Source: Octopus vulgaris
Lineage: Eukaryota
DNA length: 64,000 nt
NCBI GenBank assembly: GCA_951406725.2
Contig: OX597840.1
Location: 8,122,001-8,186,000, forward strand
Reading direction: 5' to 3'
How positions within the stretch are numbered: the stretch's first letter is position 1; each line of letters begins with the position of its first letter. Below the pieces are notes generated by a model. The model was given only the letters and a program-made list of their open reading frames with translations. It searched no databases and was not told the DNA's origin. This document shows, one piece after another, positions 1 through 13,146 of this stretch. The position numbers were made by a program, and so were the translations under genes.

Positions 1-3000
1 CCTCCAGGTGAATGTCCAGTGTGGTGTGGTCACTCTGTATATTATATCTGTTATTATTTCCTCCAGGTGAATGTCCAGTGTGGTGTGGTCACTCTGTATA
101 TTATATCTGTTGTTATTTTCTCCAGGTGACTATCCAGTGTGGTGTGGTCACTCTGTATATTATATCTGTTGTTGTTTTCTCCAGGTGACTATCCAGTGTG
201 ATGTGGTCACTCTGTATATTATATCTGTTGTTGTTTTCTCCAGGTGACTATCCAGTGTGGTGTGGTCACTCTGTATATTATATCTGTTGTTATTTTCTCC
301 AGGTGACTATCCAGTGTGATGTGGTCACTCTGTATATTATATCTGTTGTTGTTTTCTCCAGGTGACTATCCAGTGTGGTGTGGTCACTCTGTATATTATA
401 TCTGTTGTTATTTTCTCCAAGTGAATGTCCAGTGTGGTGTGGTCACTCTGTATACTATATCTGTTGTTATTTTCTCCAGGTGAATATCCAGTGTGGTGTG
501 GTCACTCTGTATACTATATCTGTTGTTATTTTCTCCAAGTGAATGTCCAGTGTGGTGTGGTCACTCTGTATATTATATCTGTTGTTATTTTCTCCAAGTG
601 AATGTCCAGTGTGATGTGGTCACTCTGTATATTATATCTGTTGTTATTTTCTCCAGGTGAATGTCCAGTGTGGTGTGGTCTCTCTGTATATTATATCTGT
701 TGTTATTTTCTCTGGGTGAATGTCCAGTGTGATGTGGTCACTCTGTATATTATATCTGTTGTTGTTTTCTCCAGGTGACTATCCAGTGTGGTGTGGTCAC
801 TCTGTATATTATATCTGTTGTTATTTTCTCCAAGTGAATGTCCAGTGTGGTGTGGTCACTCTGTATACTATATCTGTTGTTATTTTCTCCAGGTGAATAT
901 CCAGTGTGGTGTGGTCACTCTGTATACTATATCTGTTGTTATTTTCTCCAAGTGAATGTCCAGTGTGGTGTGGTCACTCTGTATATTATATCTGTTGTTA
1001 TTTTCTCCAAGTGAATGTCCAGTGTGGTGTGGTCACTCTGTATATTATATCTGTTGTTATTTTCTCCAAGTGAATGTCCAGTGTGGTGTGGTCACTCTGT
1101 ATATTATATCTGTTGTTATTTTCTCCAAGTGAATGTCCAGTGTGGTGTGGTTACTCTGTATATTATATCTGTTGTTATTTTCTCCAAGTGAATGTCCAGT
1201 GTGGTGTGGTCACTCTGTATATTATATCTGTTGTTATTTTCTCCAAGTGAATGTCCAGTGTGGTGTGGTCACTCTGTATATTATATCTGTTGTTATTTTC
1301 TCCAAGTGAATGTCCAGTGTGGTGTGGTTACTCTGTATATTATATCTGTTGTTATTTTCTCCAAGTGAATGTCCAGTGTGGTGTGGTCACTCTGTATATT
1401 ATATCTGTTGTTATTTTCTCCAAGTGAATGTCCAGTGTGGTGTGGTCACTCTGTATATTATATCTGTTGTTATTTTCTCCAGGTGACTATCCAGTGTGGT
1501 GTGGTCACTCTGTATATTATATCTGTTGTTATTTTCTCCAAGTGAATGTCCAGTGTGGTGTGGTCACTCTGTATACTATATCTGTTGTTATTTTCTCCAG
1601 GTGAATATCCAGTGTGGTGTGGTCACTCTGTATACTATATCTGTTGTTATTTTCTCCAAGTGAATGTCCAGTGTGGTGTGGTCACTCTGTATATTATATC
1701 TGTTGTTATTTTCTCCAAGTGAATGTCCAGTGTGATGTGGTCACTCTGTATATTATATCTGTTGTTATTTTCTCCAGGTGAATGTCCAGTGTGGTGTGGT
1801 CTCTCTGTATATTATATCTGTTGTTATTTTCTCTGGGTGAATGTCCAGTGTGATGTGGTCACTCTGTATATTATATCTGTTGTTGTTTTCTCCAGGTGAC
1901 TATCCAGTGTGGTGTGGTCACTCTGTATATTATATCTGTTGTTATTTTCTCCAAGTGAATGTCCAGTGTGGTGTGGTCACTCTGTATACTATATCTGTTG
2001 TTATTTTCTCCAGGTGAATATCCAGTGTGGTGTGGTCACTCTGTATACTATATCTGTTGTTATTTTCTCCAAGTGAATGTCCAGTGTGGTGTGGTCACTC
2101 TGTATATTATATCTGTTGTTATTTTCTCCAAGTGAATGTCCAGTGTGGTGTGGTCACTCTGTATATTATATCTGTTGTTATTTTCTCCAAGTGAATGTCC
2201 AGTGTGGTGTGGTCACTCTGTATATTATATCTGTTGTTATTTTCTCCAAGTGAATGTCCAGTGTGGTGTGGTTACTCTGTATATTATATCTGTTGTTATT
2301 TTCTCCAAGTGAATGTCCAGTGTGGTGTGGTCACTCTGTATATTATATCTGTTGTTATTTTCTCCAAGTGAATGTCCAGTGTGGTGTGGTCACTCTGTAT
2401 ATTATATCTGTTGTTATTTTCTCCAAGTGAATGTCCAGTGTGGTGTGGTTACTCTGTATATTATATCTGTTGTTATTTTCTCCAAGTGAATGTCCAGTGT
2501 GGTGTGGTCACTCTGTATATTATATCTGTTGTTATTTTCTCCAAGTGAATGTCCAGTGTGGTGTGGTCACTCTGTATATTATATCTGTTGTTATTTTCTC
2601 CAAGTGAATGTCCAGTGTGGTGTGGTCACTCTGTATATTATATCTGTTGTTATTTTCTCCAAGTGAATGTCCAGTGTGATGTGGTCACTCTGTATATTAT
2701 ATCTGTTGTTATTTTCTCCAGGTGAATGTCCAGTGTGGTGTGGTCACTCTGTATGTTACATCTGATGTTATTTTCTCCAGGTGAATGTCCAGTGTGGTGT
2801 GGTCACTCTGTATATTATATCTGTTGTTATTTTCTCCAAGTGAATGTCCAGTGTGATGTGGTCACTCTGTATACTATATCTGTTGTTATTTTCTCCAGGT
2901 GAATGTCCAGTGTGGTGTGGTCACTCTGTATGTTACATCTGATGTTATTTTCTCTGGGTGAATGTCCAGTGTGGTGTGGTCACTCTGTATATTATATCTG

Positions 3001-4251
3001 TTGTTATTTTCTCCAGGTGAATGTCCAGTGTGGTGTGGTCACTCTGTATATTATATCTGTTGTTATTTTCTCCAGGTGAATGTCCAGTGTGGTGTGGTCA
3101 CTCTGTATATTATATCTGTTGTTATTTTTTCCAGGTGAATGTCCAGTGTGGTGTGGTCACTCTGTATATTATATCTGTTGTTATTTTCTGCAGGTGAATG
3201 TCCAGTGTGGTGTGGTCACTCTGTATATTATATCTGTTGTTATTTTTTCCAGGTGAATGTCCAGTGTGGTGTGGTCACTCTGTATATTATATCTGTTGTT
3301 ATTTTCTGCAGGTGAATGTCCAGTGTGGTGTGGTCACTCTGTATATTATATCTGTTGTTATTTTTTCCAGGTGAATGTCCAGTGTGGTGTGGTCACTCTG
3401 TATATTATATCTGTTGTTATTTTCTGCAGGTGAATGTCCAGTGTGGTGTGGTCACTCTGTATATTATATCTGTTGTTATTTTTTCCAGGTGAATGTCCAG
3501 TGTGGTGTGGTCACTCTGTATATTATATCTGTTGTTATTTTCTGCAGGTGAATGTCCAGTGTGGTGTGGTCACTCTCTGTATATTATATCTGTTGTTATT
3601 TTTTCCAGGTGAATGTCCAGTGTGGTGTGGTCACTCTGTATATTATATCTGTTGTTATTTTCTGCAGGTGAATGTCCAGTGTGGTGTGGTCACTCTGTAT
3701 ATTATATCTGTTGTTATTTTCTCCAGGTGAATGTCCAGTGTGGTGTGGTCACTCTGTATATTATATCTGTTGGTATTTTCTCCAGGTGAATGTCCAGTGT
3801 GGTGTGGTCACTCTGTATATTATATCTGTTGTTATTTTCTCTAGGTGAATGTCCAGTGTGGTGTGGTCACTCTATATTATATCTGTTGTTATTTTCTCCA
3901 GGTGAATATCCAGTGTGGTGTGGTCACTCTGTATATTATATCTGTTGTTATTTTCTCTGGGTGAATGTCCAGTGTGGTGTGGTCACTCTGTATATTATAT
4001 CTGTTGTTATTTTCTCCAGGTGAGAGTCCAGTGTGGTGTGGTCACTCTATATTATATCTGTTGTTATTTTCTCCAGGTGAATGTCCAGTGTGGTGTGGTC
4101 ACTCTATATTATATCTGTTGTTATGTTCTCCAGGTGAATGTCCAGTGTGGTGTGGAAACTCTGTATATTATATCTGTTGTTATTTTCTCTGGGTGAGTAC
4201 CCAATTTGGTGCGGTCACTCTGTATGTTACATCTATTGTTGTTGTCTCCAG
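1..4251 (+). repeat. 59-bp tandem minisatellite (~72 units, truncated by window start) in the intron before the plus-strand paralogue exon
   Basis: Unit GTGAATGTCCAGTGTGGTGTGGTCACTCTGTATATTATATCTGTTGTTATTTTCTCCAG repeats every 59 nt and runs directly into the exon at 4252. Confidence 0.97.
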
Positions 4252-4486
4252 GTGGGTGTCCAGTGTGGTGTGGTCACTGTGTACGCTTCATTTAACAACA
4301 GTTATCCCAATGAAGCCGACTACGACTACGAGGCTTGGGCAACTGACAATAAGCCGGGCAAATTATTTCTTGTACAAAAATCAGAACTTGATCAGCTTTT
4401 CCTTACTGTTCTTTCCAAGAAACGATTTGATCTCAATTCCGCAGCCTGTGACAATCCTTCCTACAACATCAGCTTCAAACCAACAG
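4252..4486 (+). CDS. Penultimate coding exon of the plus-strand paralogue of the VWA-domain gene (upstream exons outside window)
   Basis: gtctccag|GTG...ACAG|gtaag, 235 nt, phase 0/1. Encodes VGVQCGVVTVYASFNNSYPNEADYDYEAW...NISFKPT, 70/78 aa identical to exon 22559-22793. Confidence 0.88.
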
Positions 4487-4529
4487 GTAAGCTACATCAT
4501 TTTCTTTTAAAAATTATTCTATAATATCC

Positions 4530-4890
4530 TTTTCAAGCTCCACCCATCTAACACCCGTGGACATGTTTACAAAGTCAGAAAACAGCACAGCTCTCATGAC
4601 TTTAGGAAACATTTTTTCATGCTGAGAGTTGCTGAAGCATGGAACAAACTGCCGGCATCAGTTGTTAGTTGTCTGAGCACTGCATCCTTCAAAACTTCCA
4701 TACTTCCTGAGATTCGCCAATACTACACCTAATTTCCTCCCCTCCATACACACGCAAGCATGTATCTGACTCATACACTGTTAACTTCCCAGACATTTGT
4801 ACATTACTGCATATGCTTTATACGCACTTTCTGACAAGTTGTGGTGCACCTGAGCACTGTATACAATAATTACATTACTATTATTATTAT
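4530..4890 (+). mobile_element. CR1-type LINE 3' fragment
   Basis: Encodes NTRGHVYKVRKQH...RKHFFMLRVAEAWNKLP (CR1/L2 ORF2 C-terminus), followed by 3' UTR and (ATT)n tail. Confidence 0.85.
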
Positions 4891-5081
4891 AATGTTTATA
4901 TCTTTAATGTAAAGTCTGTAGATTACGGAATAATCAGTGAACCCTTTAGCATTCAAACTGGACATATCCGGCCCAAATATCCTACCTGATTTATGTTCAG
5001 ACTGGGGCTGCTCTAATATTTTTTTCCACTGCTATTTCATTACAATTCTATGAATGTGTGAAACATCAGATGAAAATGAAA

Positions 5082-5285
5082 CATCATCATCATCATCATC
5101 GTTTAACGTCCATTTTCCACGCTAGCACAGGTTGGATGGTTCGACCGGGGCCTGGGAAGCCAGAAGGCTGCACCAGGCTCCAGTCTGATCTGGCAGTGTT
5201 TCTACAGCTGGATGCACTTCCTAACACCAACCACTCCATGTGTTTAGTGGGTGCTTTTTACGTGCCACCGGCACAGGTGCCAGGG
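5082..5285 (-). mobile_element. Retroposon 3' end with (GAT)n tail (GGCATCCAGCTGTAGAAAC family)
   Basis: Recurs at ~21420-21603, 27300-27505, 34425-34750, 48785-49205 and 60495-60890. Confidence 0.7.
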
Positions 5286-5533
5286 GTGACGCCAATCCTA
5301 ACCTTGCTGACAGCCTCTCTGTATAGGGCCTGTACAGCCCTTATTAGCCATTCGTCAATCTCCAGTTTCCGCATCGACCACCAGATAAGGGATCGGGGGA
5401 CCCTGTCAAAGGCTTTTTTAGGTTCTTGAAAGCAGGTAGGTGATGGGTGGGGGAAGGAGCAGTGAACGTTTCTTTAAGAAAAATTAAATTTTAAAAAGAA
5501 ATATATTTCCTAGATTCGTAATCTCTTTCTCTT

Positions 5534-5918
5534 TCTCTTTTACTTGTTTCAGTCATTTGGCTGCGGCCATGCTGGAGCACCTCCTTTAGTCAAGCAAATC
5601 GATCCCGGGACTTATTCTTTGCAAGCGCAGTACTTATTCTATCGGTCTCTTTGCCGAACTGCTAAGTGACGGGGACATAAAAACACCAGCATCGGTTGTC
5701 AAGCAATGCTAGGGGGACAAACACAGACACACAAACATACACACACATACATATATATGACAGGCTTCTTTCAATTTCCATCCACCAAATCCACTCACAA
5801 GGCATTGGTCGGCCCGGGGCTATAGCAGAAGACACTTGCCCAAGGTGCCACGCAGTGGGACTGAACCCGGAACCATGTGGTTGGTTAGCAAGCTACTTAC
5901 CACACAGCCACTCCTGCG

Positions 5919-5920
<2 letters not shown>
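5534..5920 (-). mobile_element. tRNA-derived SINE with internal (TA)n/(CA)n tract (dominant family; representative copy)
   Basis: Head GGCGCAGGAGTGGCTGTGTGGTAAG (A box) ... GGTTCAGTCCC (B box); tail GAAACAAGTAAAAGAG. Further copies at ~8448, 11951, 12882, 13750, 15913, 18397, 20770, 25875, 28111, 33967, 44078, 45198, 46045, 47812, 51856, 55758, 56885, 57750, 59520 and 63572. Confidence 0.9.
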
Positions 5921-5962
<42 letters not shown>

Positions 5963-6335
5963 AGGCTTCTTTCAGTTTCTGTCAACCAAATCCACTCACA
6001 AGGCATTGATCGGCCTGGGGCTAGAGCAGAAGACACTTGCCCAAGATGCCACGCAGTGGGACTGAACCTGGAAGCATGTGGTTGGTTTGCAAGCTACTTA
6101 CCACACAGCCACTTCTGCGCCTATGTGATCTTTCTTAAGAAAAGAAAACACTTCTATGCAAACCCATGCAAAGTGTAACTTCCCTTTTCACTTTTAAACA
6201 AGCAATAACTTCCATTATGTCTGTAACCCAGTTCACTACATGTCAGCAGTGATGATTCTGCCCATAAGAAAGGAACAAATAATACAATATGGCTGTAGGT
6301 TATAACACCCGGGCAACGCCGGGATGCATTGCTAA

Positions 6336-6822
6336 TCTTTATGTATAAAAGTGAGGTTGTGTGCTGCTTGTCTCCTACGATTTAGATTCCTAACTACTCC
6401 CACATATTGCGGTGCAGTATCTTATGGTCGTGATTGATATCGAGCTCTTCTGGGTATTAGCGTGCGTCTACGATGATTCTACGATTTTAAAAATAATTTA
6501 CCATCATTTTTTTCCATTTTAATGCATTATTTCCCTATTATCTAAGGGAAGTAACTCTCTAAAAATGTGTGCGATGAGTCAACGATTTAAAAAAAAAATT
6601 ACCATCACTTTTTTCCATTTTAATGCATTTTCTTCGCTATTATATAAGGGAAGTAACTCTCTAAAAATGTCTACGATGCGTCAAAAATTTTTAAAAAAAT
6701 TTACAATCATTTTTTTTCTATTTTTAATGCATTTCTTTGCTATTTTTTGGCTATAACTCTCTAAAAATGCTTATATAGTTATTTCCCTTACAAACCCGAG
6801 CAACGCCGGGCGATACTGCTAG
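6336..6822 (+). mobile_element. Non-autonomous Helitron-like element
   Basis: 5'-TC start after A, subterminal hairpin CCCGAGCAACGCCGGG, 3' CTAG followed by T, no TSD. Family members at 10349-10658, 15428-15820, 16831-17140(-), 20207-20585(-), 42858-43258, 47330-47721, 54540-54938 and 59036-59428. Confidence 0.78.
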
Positions 6823-6860
6823 TATGTAATAAACGTATTTCCATCTTTTATATTTTTCAG

Positions 6861-6967
6861 TGGCCACGATAACTCCAGTAAGAATGAGTGATGCTGCAGT
6901 CACTAAACAGCTTTTCATAAACTCATGGATTTATGCTGGACTCTTACTTGTTTGGCAAATGGCTTGA
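6861..6967 (+). CDS. Terminal coding exon of the plus-strand paralogue (GPI-signal-like hydrophobic tail)
   Basis: tttttcag acceptor; phase 1 fits the preceding exon. Encodes (V)ATITPVRMSDAAVTKQLFINSWIYAGLLLVWQMA-TGA. Same length (107 nt) as 20062-20168. Confidence 0.8.
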
Positions 6968-7729
6968 TCAGAACCAGTGACCATCTATAAATGGTACCAA
7001 TATCCATGAACTCTTATACACCCACATGAACACATCCATACATGCATGTGACCGCGTGTGTACCGTTGGCGATTTTTTTTTCTCTGTCTTCCCTTCTCCT
7101 ATGTTTCCGACGAAGAGCTCCGCTCGAAACATTAAACCCTCCTTCTTTCCTTCTTTCTTGAGCGTCCAATAATACTACATTTGTTCCATGTCCTCGCGTT
7201 GTTGTGTTTTTTTGTGCTTTCATGTTTGGATTAACTATATATACATATATATGTATATACATACATTTATATATATATATATATATATACATAATAAATA
7301 TAAGAGAGTGGTCACTATATGGCTCACTCTAGCACCAGTTAATCCAAAAGGTTTCAACCACAAAAATACATGTTTCCCATGAAAGTCAGTACGATTGTTA
7401 GCTCACACGGACAGATATTTTTTTTCTAATTTTTATATATGGCGGTGCCCCAGCATGGCCACAGCTCATTAGCTGGAACTGAAAAATCAAAAAAATCAAA
7501 AATCAAATATATATATTATATTTTGTGAAATTTGATTTAGTATTTCTAAACTGAATTTTTCCCTGTAAGTTTGGAATAATATTCCCTATTATTATTATTA
7601 TTGTTATTGTTGTTGTTTTTCTTGTTGTTATTGTTGTTGTTATTGTTGTTTTTGTTGTTGTTGTTATTATTATTATTATTGTTATTATTATTATTATTAT
7701 TATATTATATTTATACCTAATGTTTTTGA

Positions 7730-9900
7730 ATGTATTTACCCTTAATTTCGTCAGTTATGGAACTTACAGGTAAAATAGAACCACTTTTTTGGAATTCATC
7801 TTTGAAGGATATTCCCATACCGTCTAGAAAGGAATATATTTTAAAACTGATTAATAATATTAAAGATTTTATTTCTAGGATTAAATGGAAAGCCTACTAT
7901 AATAGTTGTAACATATCTAACATTAATGATGTAGAGAATAATAATCATATTAATTGAAGATTTAAATCTAGGAAGGAACTTCCATATAATAGAGAAATTC
8001 AGGTTTTAGAGGACAATATTTGGGAGGAGGTAAAAAAATTTTATTTTCATAAATACCCAAAATTGACATAATAAATATTTAAGAAATTTTGCTATTAAAA
8101 TAAAAGAAATGTGAAATATGGAAGGTATTATAGTACAATCAGATAAAACTAAGAACCTCTATAAACTAGATATTAAATTATATGATATCCTATTAGAGAA
8201 AGAAAGAAAGAAATGAAAAATATAATATTGTTCCAGAAAATATACTCTATAATATAAATAAAGCCTCTGAATTAATAATGATGAAATATAATTTAGATAA
8301 TAAAACTGAACCTTATGTACCTATGCACCCTAGAATGACCTTGAAAGACCATAAGGAAAATTTTTACTCTGACCCCAAGGTTAGATTAATTTGTCCATGT
8401 AAATCAGATTTAGGTAAATTAATTAAATTTATTCTAGATAAATAATTTACTCTCTTTTTACTCTTTTACTTGTTTCAGTCATTTGACTGCGGCCATGCTG
8501 GAGCACCACATTTAATCGAGCAAATCGACCCCAGGACTTATTCTTTTGTAAGCCCAGTACTTATTCTATCGGTCTCTTTGGCCGAACTGCTAAGTTACGG
8601 GGACATGAACACACCAGCATCGGTTGTCAAGCGATGTTGGGAGGACAAACACAGACACACAAACACACACACATACATATATATACATATATATATACGA
8701 AAGGCTTCTTTCAGTTTCCGTCTACCAAATCCACTCACAAGGCTTTGGTCAGCTCGAGGCTATAGAAGAAGACACTTGCCCAAAGTGCCACGCAGTGGGA
8801 CTGAACCCGAACCATGTGGTTGGTAAGCAAGCTACTTACCACATAGCCACTCCTTAATAGATTAAACAAAATTAATTACCTTAAATTTGGGAATAGTACT
8901 ACTGATACTTAAAAATGATTTCATAATACTAAAGATCAAAAGAAATATAAATTCATTCAAATAAATATAGATAATTATTATTCTTCTATTGATGAGATCG
9001 TACTCAATAAAGCCCTAATTTATGCAATGAATAAGGTAGGAATGACTTCAGATGAAGTTAATGATATTAAAATGGCTAGAAAATCATTAATTAGATATAA
9101 TAATAAATTATAGGCTTGGATGGATACTAGGAACTATTTTGATATACATATGGGGGCACCAGATTCTGCACAGGTTACTGATTTAGTAGGTTTTTATTTA
9201 TTATCAGAACTTCAATTAGAAAATGTTTCATTGGAGGATGGTTTATATAAGGATGACCTTTTATTACTTACTAAAGATTGTCTCTCTATCCGCTCAGTCG
9301 AAGTCGACTCTCGGTCACTCGTTGGATCAGTGTCCTCCTGTCAGTTCTATCCTGGGCCACTTCTTTCAGATTTGCTATGTCCATTCCGGTATCACTCTTG
9401 ATGGTGTCAAGCCAGTGGGTTCTTGGTCGGCCTCTTCCTCTCTTGCCACTGACCATTCCGAGCATGATGTCCTTCTCCAGGGATTTTCTCCGCATAATGA
9501 CAGAAATATGCCAATCTAAGGATTGTACAAATAGAAAATTAGAATTATATAAAAAGAAACTTTATAATTTCTTTAAAAGATATGGTTTAAGTATTACTAT
9601 TTATAATGAGAACTATAATGTTAATTATGTAGATGTTAATTTTAATTTAATAAGGGGTAAAACCCAACCATTCCATAAAATTAAGGTAAATCTCAGATAT
9701 ATTAATGCTTATAGTAATCATCCACCTGCTGTTTAAAAATCATTGATAAATAACGTAGGTAAAAGAATATCATTATTTTCTTATGATTTAGAGATTTTTA
9801 ATAAACATGCACCTTATCATAATAAAGCCCTGCATGAGGATATAATAATATTATTAAATTCTTTAATATTTGTAATTGTAATTATTATTTGAAGGATTAT
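7730..9900 (+). pseudogene. Degenerate Penelope-like element reverse transcriptase, interrupted by a SINE and an RTE fragment
   Basis: Motifs in order: SLKDIPIPSRKEYILKLI...WKAYY, SDKTKNLY, TLKDHKENF...RLICPCKSDLGK, FDIHMGAPDSAQVTDLVG, GLY(K/R)DD, NYVDVNFNL, YINAYSNHPP. Multiple stops and frameshifts. Confidence 0.8.
9282..9515 (-). mobile_element. 5'-truncated RTE-type LINE insertion with target-site duplication
   Basis: MRRKSLEKDIMLGMVSGKRGRGRPRTHWLD. Flanked by CTAAAGATTGT (9271-9281) and CTAAGGATTGT (9516-9526); empty site in the right arm near 17970-17985. Confidence 0.85.
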
Positions 9901-10777
9901 AACATAAATGATTTTTATAATGATAAACCTAATTATCTGAATTATGATAAGTTTTATTTAGGTAACTATCGTCTTAATAATAATAGGTATTTTGATAATA
10001 TAAATCATACATTTAATAATGGAATAAAAAATTAAAATATAAATAAAAATAAGATAAAATTTAATTCAATTAATGATGATAATAAATTTAATAATATTAC
10101 AAAAAATATAATAATAATAAAATATAAAAGATAAGAATAAAATATGGTTAATCGTTCCTTTTGGGGCTCAGGTAAAAATATGTTATTAAAGAGATTTTAA
10201 ATATAATTGAAATATTCATTAGGGATAATAAAACATATTAAAACATTCTAGAAGCTTAGATAATTTTCGTCTTTTTCATTAATAAAAATATTTCTTCATT
10301 TTCATTAATAAATTTATTCTATCTTTTTACACGTCTTCACGAGTTTATTCTTTATATATAAAAGTGAAGTTCTGTGTGTGAGAGTCTGTCTACTCCGATT
10401 TAGATTCCTAACTACTCCCACATTTTGCAGTGAAGTTTAACCAAAAGAGGGTATCTTATAGTCGTGATTCATATCGAGCCCTTCTGGGTATTAGCGCGCG
10501 TCTACGATGAGACTACGATTTAAACAAAAATTTACCATTATTTTTTCGTTCTTTTAATGCATTTTTTACACGGTTTTATATAAGGAAAGTAACTCTCTAA
10601 AAATGCTTATATAGTTATTTCCCTTACAAACCCAAGCAACGCCGGGCGATACTGCTAGTTTCTTATAAATGCTAAGACCTACATTTTTACGTTTAATATT
10701 CAGTTATATAATATTCATCGATAAGTAACGTTTTTTATTTAACAATATTATTTAATTTTTGAATTGTATTATGTTTA

Positions 10778-11420
10778 ATAATAATGAAATTATTGGATAC
10801 TGTGCTCAGGTGCACCACAACTTGTCAGAAAGTGCGTATAAAACATATTCAGTAATGTACAAATGTCTGGAAAGTGAACAGTGTATGAGTCAGATACATG
10901 CTTGTGTGTGTATGGAGGGGAGAAAATCAGGTGTAGTGTTGGCAAATGTCAGGTAGCATGGAAGTTTTGAAGGATGCAGTGCTCCGACAACTAACAACTG
11001 ATGCCGGTAGTTTGTTCCATGCTTCAGCAACTCTCAGCATGAAAAAATGTTTCCTGAAGTCATGGGAGCTGTGCTGTTTTCTTACTTTGGAAACATGTCC
11101 ACGGGTGTTAGACAGGTGGAGTTTGAAAAGGTGCTCAGAGTTATTGTTTGTAAGATGGTTGATAATTTTATGGGTGTCTGCCAAGTCAGCTGCCAGACGT
11201 CAGAGTTTCAATGTATCCATGCCCAGTGAAGTAAGGCGTTCAGAATATGGCAAATGCCTGATGGAGGGTATTCTATTGGTTGCACGTCGCTGAACAGCTT
11301 CCAGACGATTAATATCCTGGGCAAGATAGGGGTTCCAGACCAGTGATGCAAATTCCAGGTGAGGTTGCACCATAGCTATATAAAGCCGCAGATAGATAGC
11401 CGGAGAACGGCTCACAAAAT
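10778..11420 (-). mobile_element. CR1-type LINE 3' fragment
   Basis: LYIAMVQPHLEFASLVWNPY...LEAVQRRAT and TRGH...FFMLRVAEAWNKLP motifs. Confidence 0.9.
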
Positions 11421-12516
11421 TTGATTATTATAATTGCTAAAATATTAATTTATATATAATTTCTTGATATTATTAGTTACGATATGTATACCTATTTAAT
11501 TTATTGTTTATCATTATTTTTATGATGTGATTTAACGTATTACATATAATTTACTTTGAGAAATAGTTTTGTAAGACAATATATTATTTAATGGTTAAGA
11601 GGTCTATTTGTTACATAGTATTACATTTAAGTAAATAAGTTTATAATTAATTGATATTTTGGTCAACTCTATAAGTGAGTGAAATGTTAAATCTATATAT
11701 ACTATAAATAATTAATAATATAGTAAGTTTATATAATAGGTGTGTATATATTTATAGCTTGTACTAGTATTATGTATTTAATTTAACATGAATTTTTTTA
11801 GTATATATTGCCTAATTAGAATAAGATTTAATTTAGATGTTTATTAAATAAATAAATTAATTAATTAATAATTTAATTTAATGTATATAGATTAAATTAT
11901 AATATTTTAGTTTTCGCTTAATGTATATTTTGTATTTTATATATATATATTTACTCTTTTTACTCTTTTACTTGTTTCAGTCATTTGACTGCGGCCATGC
12001 TGGAGCACCGCCTTTATTCGAGCAAATCGACCCCGGGACTTATTCTTTGTAAGCCCAGTACTTATTCTATCGGTCTCTTTTGCCAAACCGCTAAGTGACG
12101 GGGACATAAACACACCAGCATCGGTTGTCAAGCAATGCTAGTGGGACAAACACAGACACACAAACACACACACATAATATATATATATACATATATACGA
12201 CAGGCTTCTTTTAGTTTCTGTCTACCAAATCCAGTCACAAGGCTTTGGTCGGCCCGAGGCTATAGTAGAAGACACTTGCCCAAGGTGCCACGCAGTGGGA
12301 CTTAACCCGGAACCATGTGGTTGGTATTTAAAATACAATAAAGGTAAGCATACAAGGAGGTTTAATTTTCTATAATAGGTTGGTGGGTGAGAAAAATTTT
12401 CGAGGTTCACAGATATGAAAGCTTTAAAAATTTGTGAATAGCAAAGTTTGAAACTTAAAGGATGTGTGGAAGGTAATTCTATTTAAATATGTTATTACCT
12501 GTATGTTTTAATAAAT

Positions 12517-12880
12517 ACTAGCAATATGACCCGGCGTTGCCGGGTCATAGTGCTAGTGCATACATATACAGCTGCGTGCGTGTGCACATACACACGAGTA
12601 CTGTCCAAATCTCCGACCAATCACATACAGCTAGCTGGCATTCAATTGGCGTATCAAGTTTCAGGTATTTTGATTGGGTTTTGGATAGAAAATTCACAAA
12701 AAAGTCACTTCTATTGATTTTTTAATGGTTTTGCTGGGTGACTGGGGAAATGTAAAGATGTGCACGACCACCCTTGGAAGGTTTTGAAGGACCATAGAAA
12801 GTGCGAGCCCTCTAACTGAAATTGTGGATTTGTATAAAGGACACACACACAGATAGACAGACATTTTGCCGTTTGTATAT
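12517..12880 (-). mobile_element. Second Helitron-like non-autonomous family
   Basis: Minus-strand 3' end with GACCCGGCAACGCCGGGTC hairpin and CTAG. Copies at ~44844-45197 and ~56524-56885. Confidence 0.55.
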
Positions 12881-13093
12881 TCTTTTTACTCTTTTACTTG
12901 TTTTAGTCATTTGACTGCGGCCATGCTGGAGCACCGCCTTTAGTCGAGAAAATCGACCCCGGGACTTATTCTTTGTAAGCCCAGTACTTATTCTATCGGT
13001 CTCTTTTACCGAACTGCTAAGTGATGGGGACGTAAACACACCAGCATCGGTTGTCAAGCAATGCTAGGGGGACAAACACAGACACACACACAC

Positions 13094-13146
<53 letters not shown>

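Noticed and set aside
1-4251. CRISPR-like array or Cys-rich membrane protein ORFs in the 59-bp repeat
   Set aside because: No unique spacers, eukaryotic context; the ORFs are frame-cycling translations of a non-triplet repeat with regular stops.
11420-11940. Very AT-rich stretch as an organellar insertion
   Set aside because: No recognisable mitochondrial gene or tRNA; more likely the decayed continuation of the AT-rich PLE relic.
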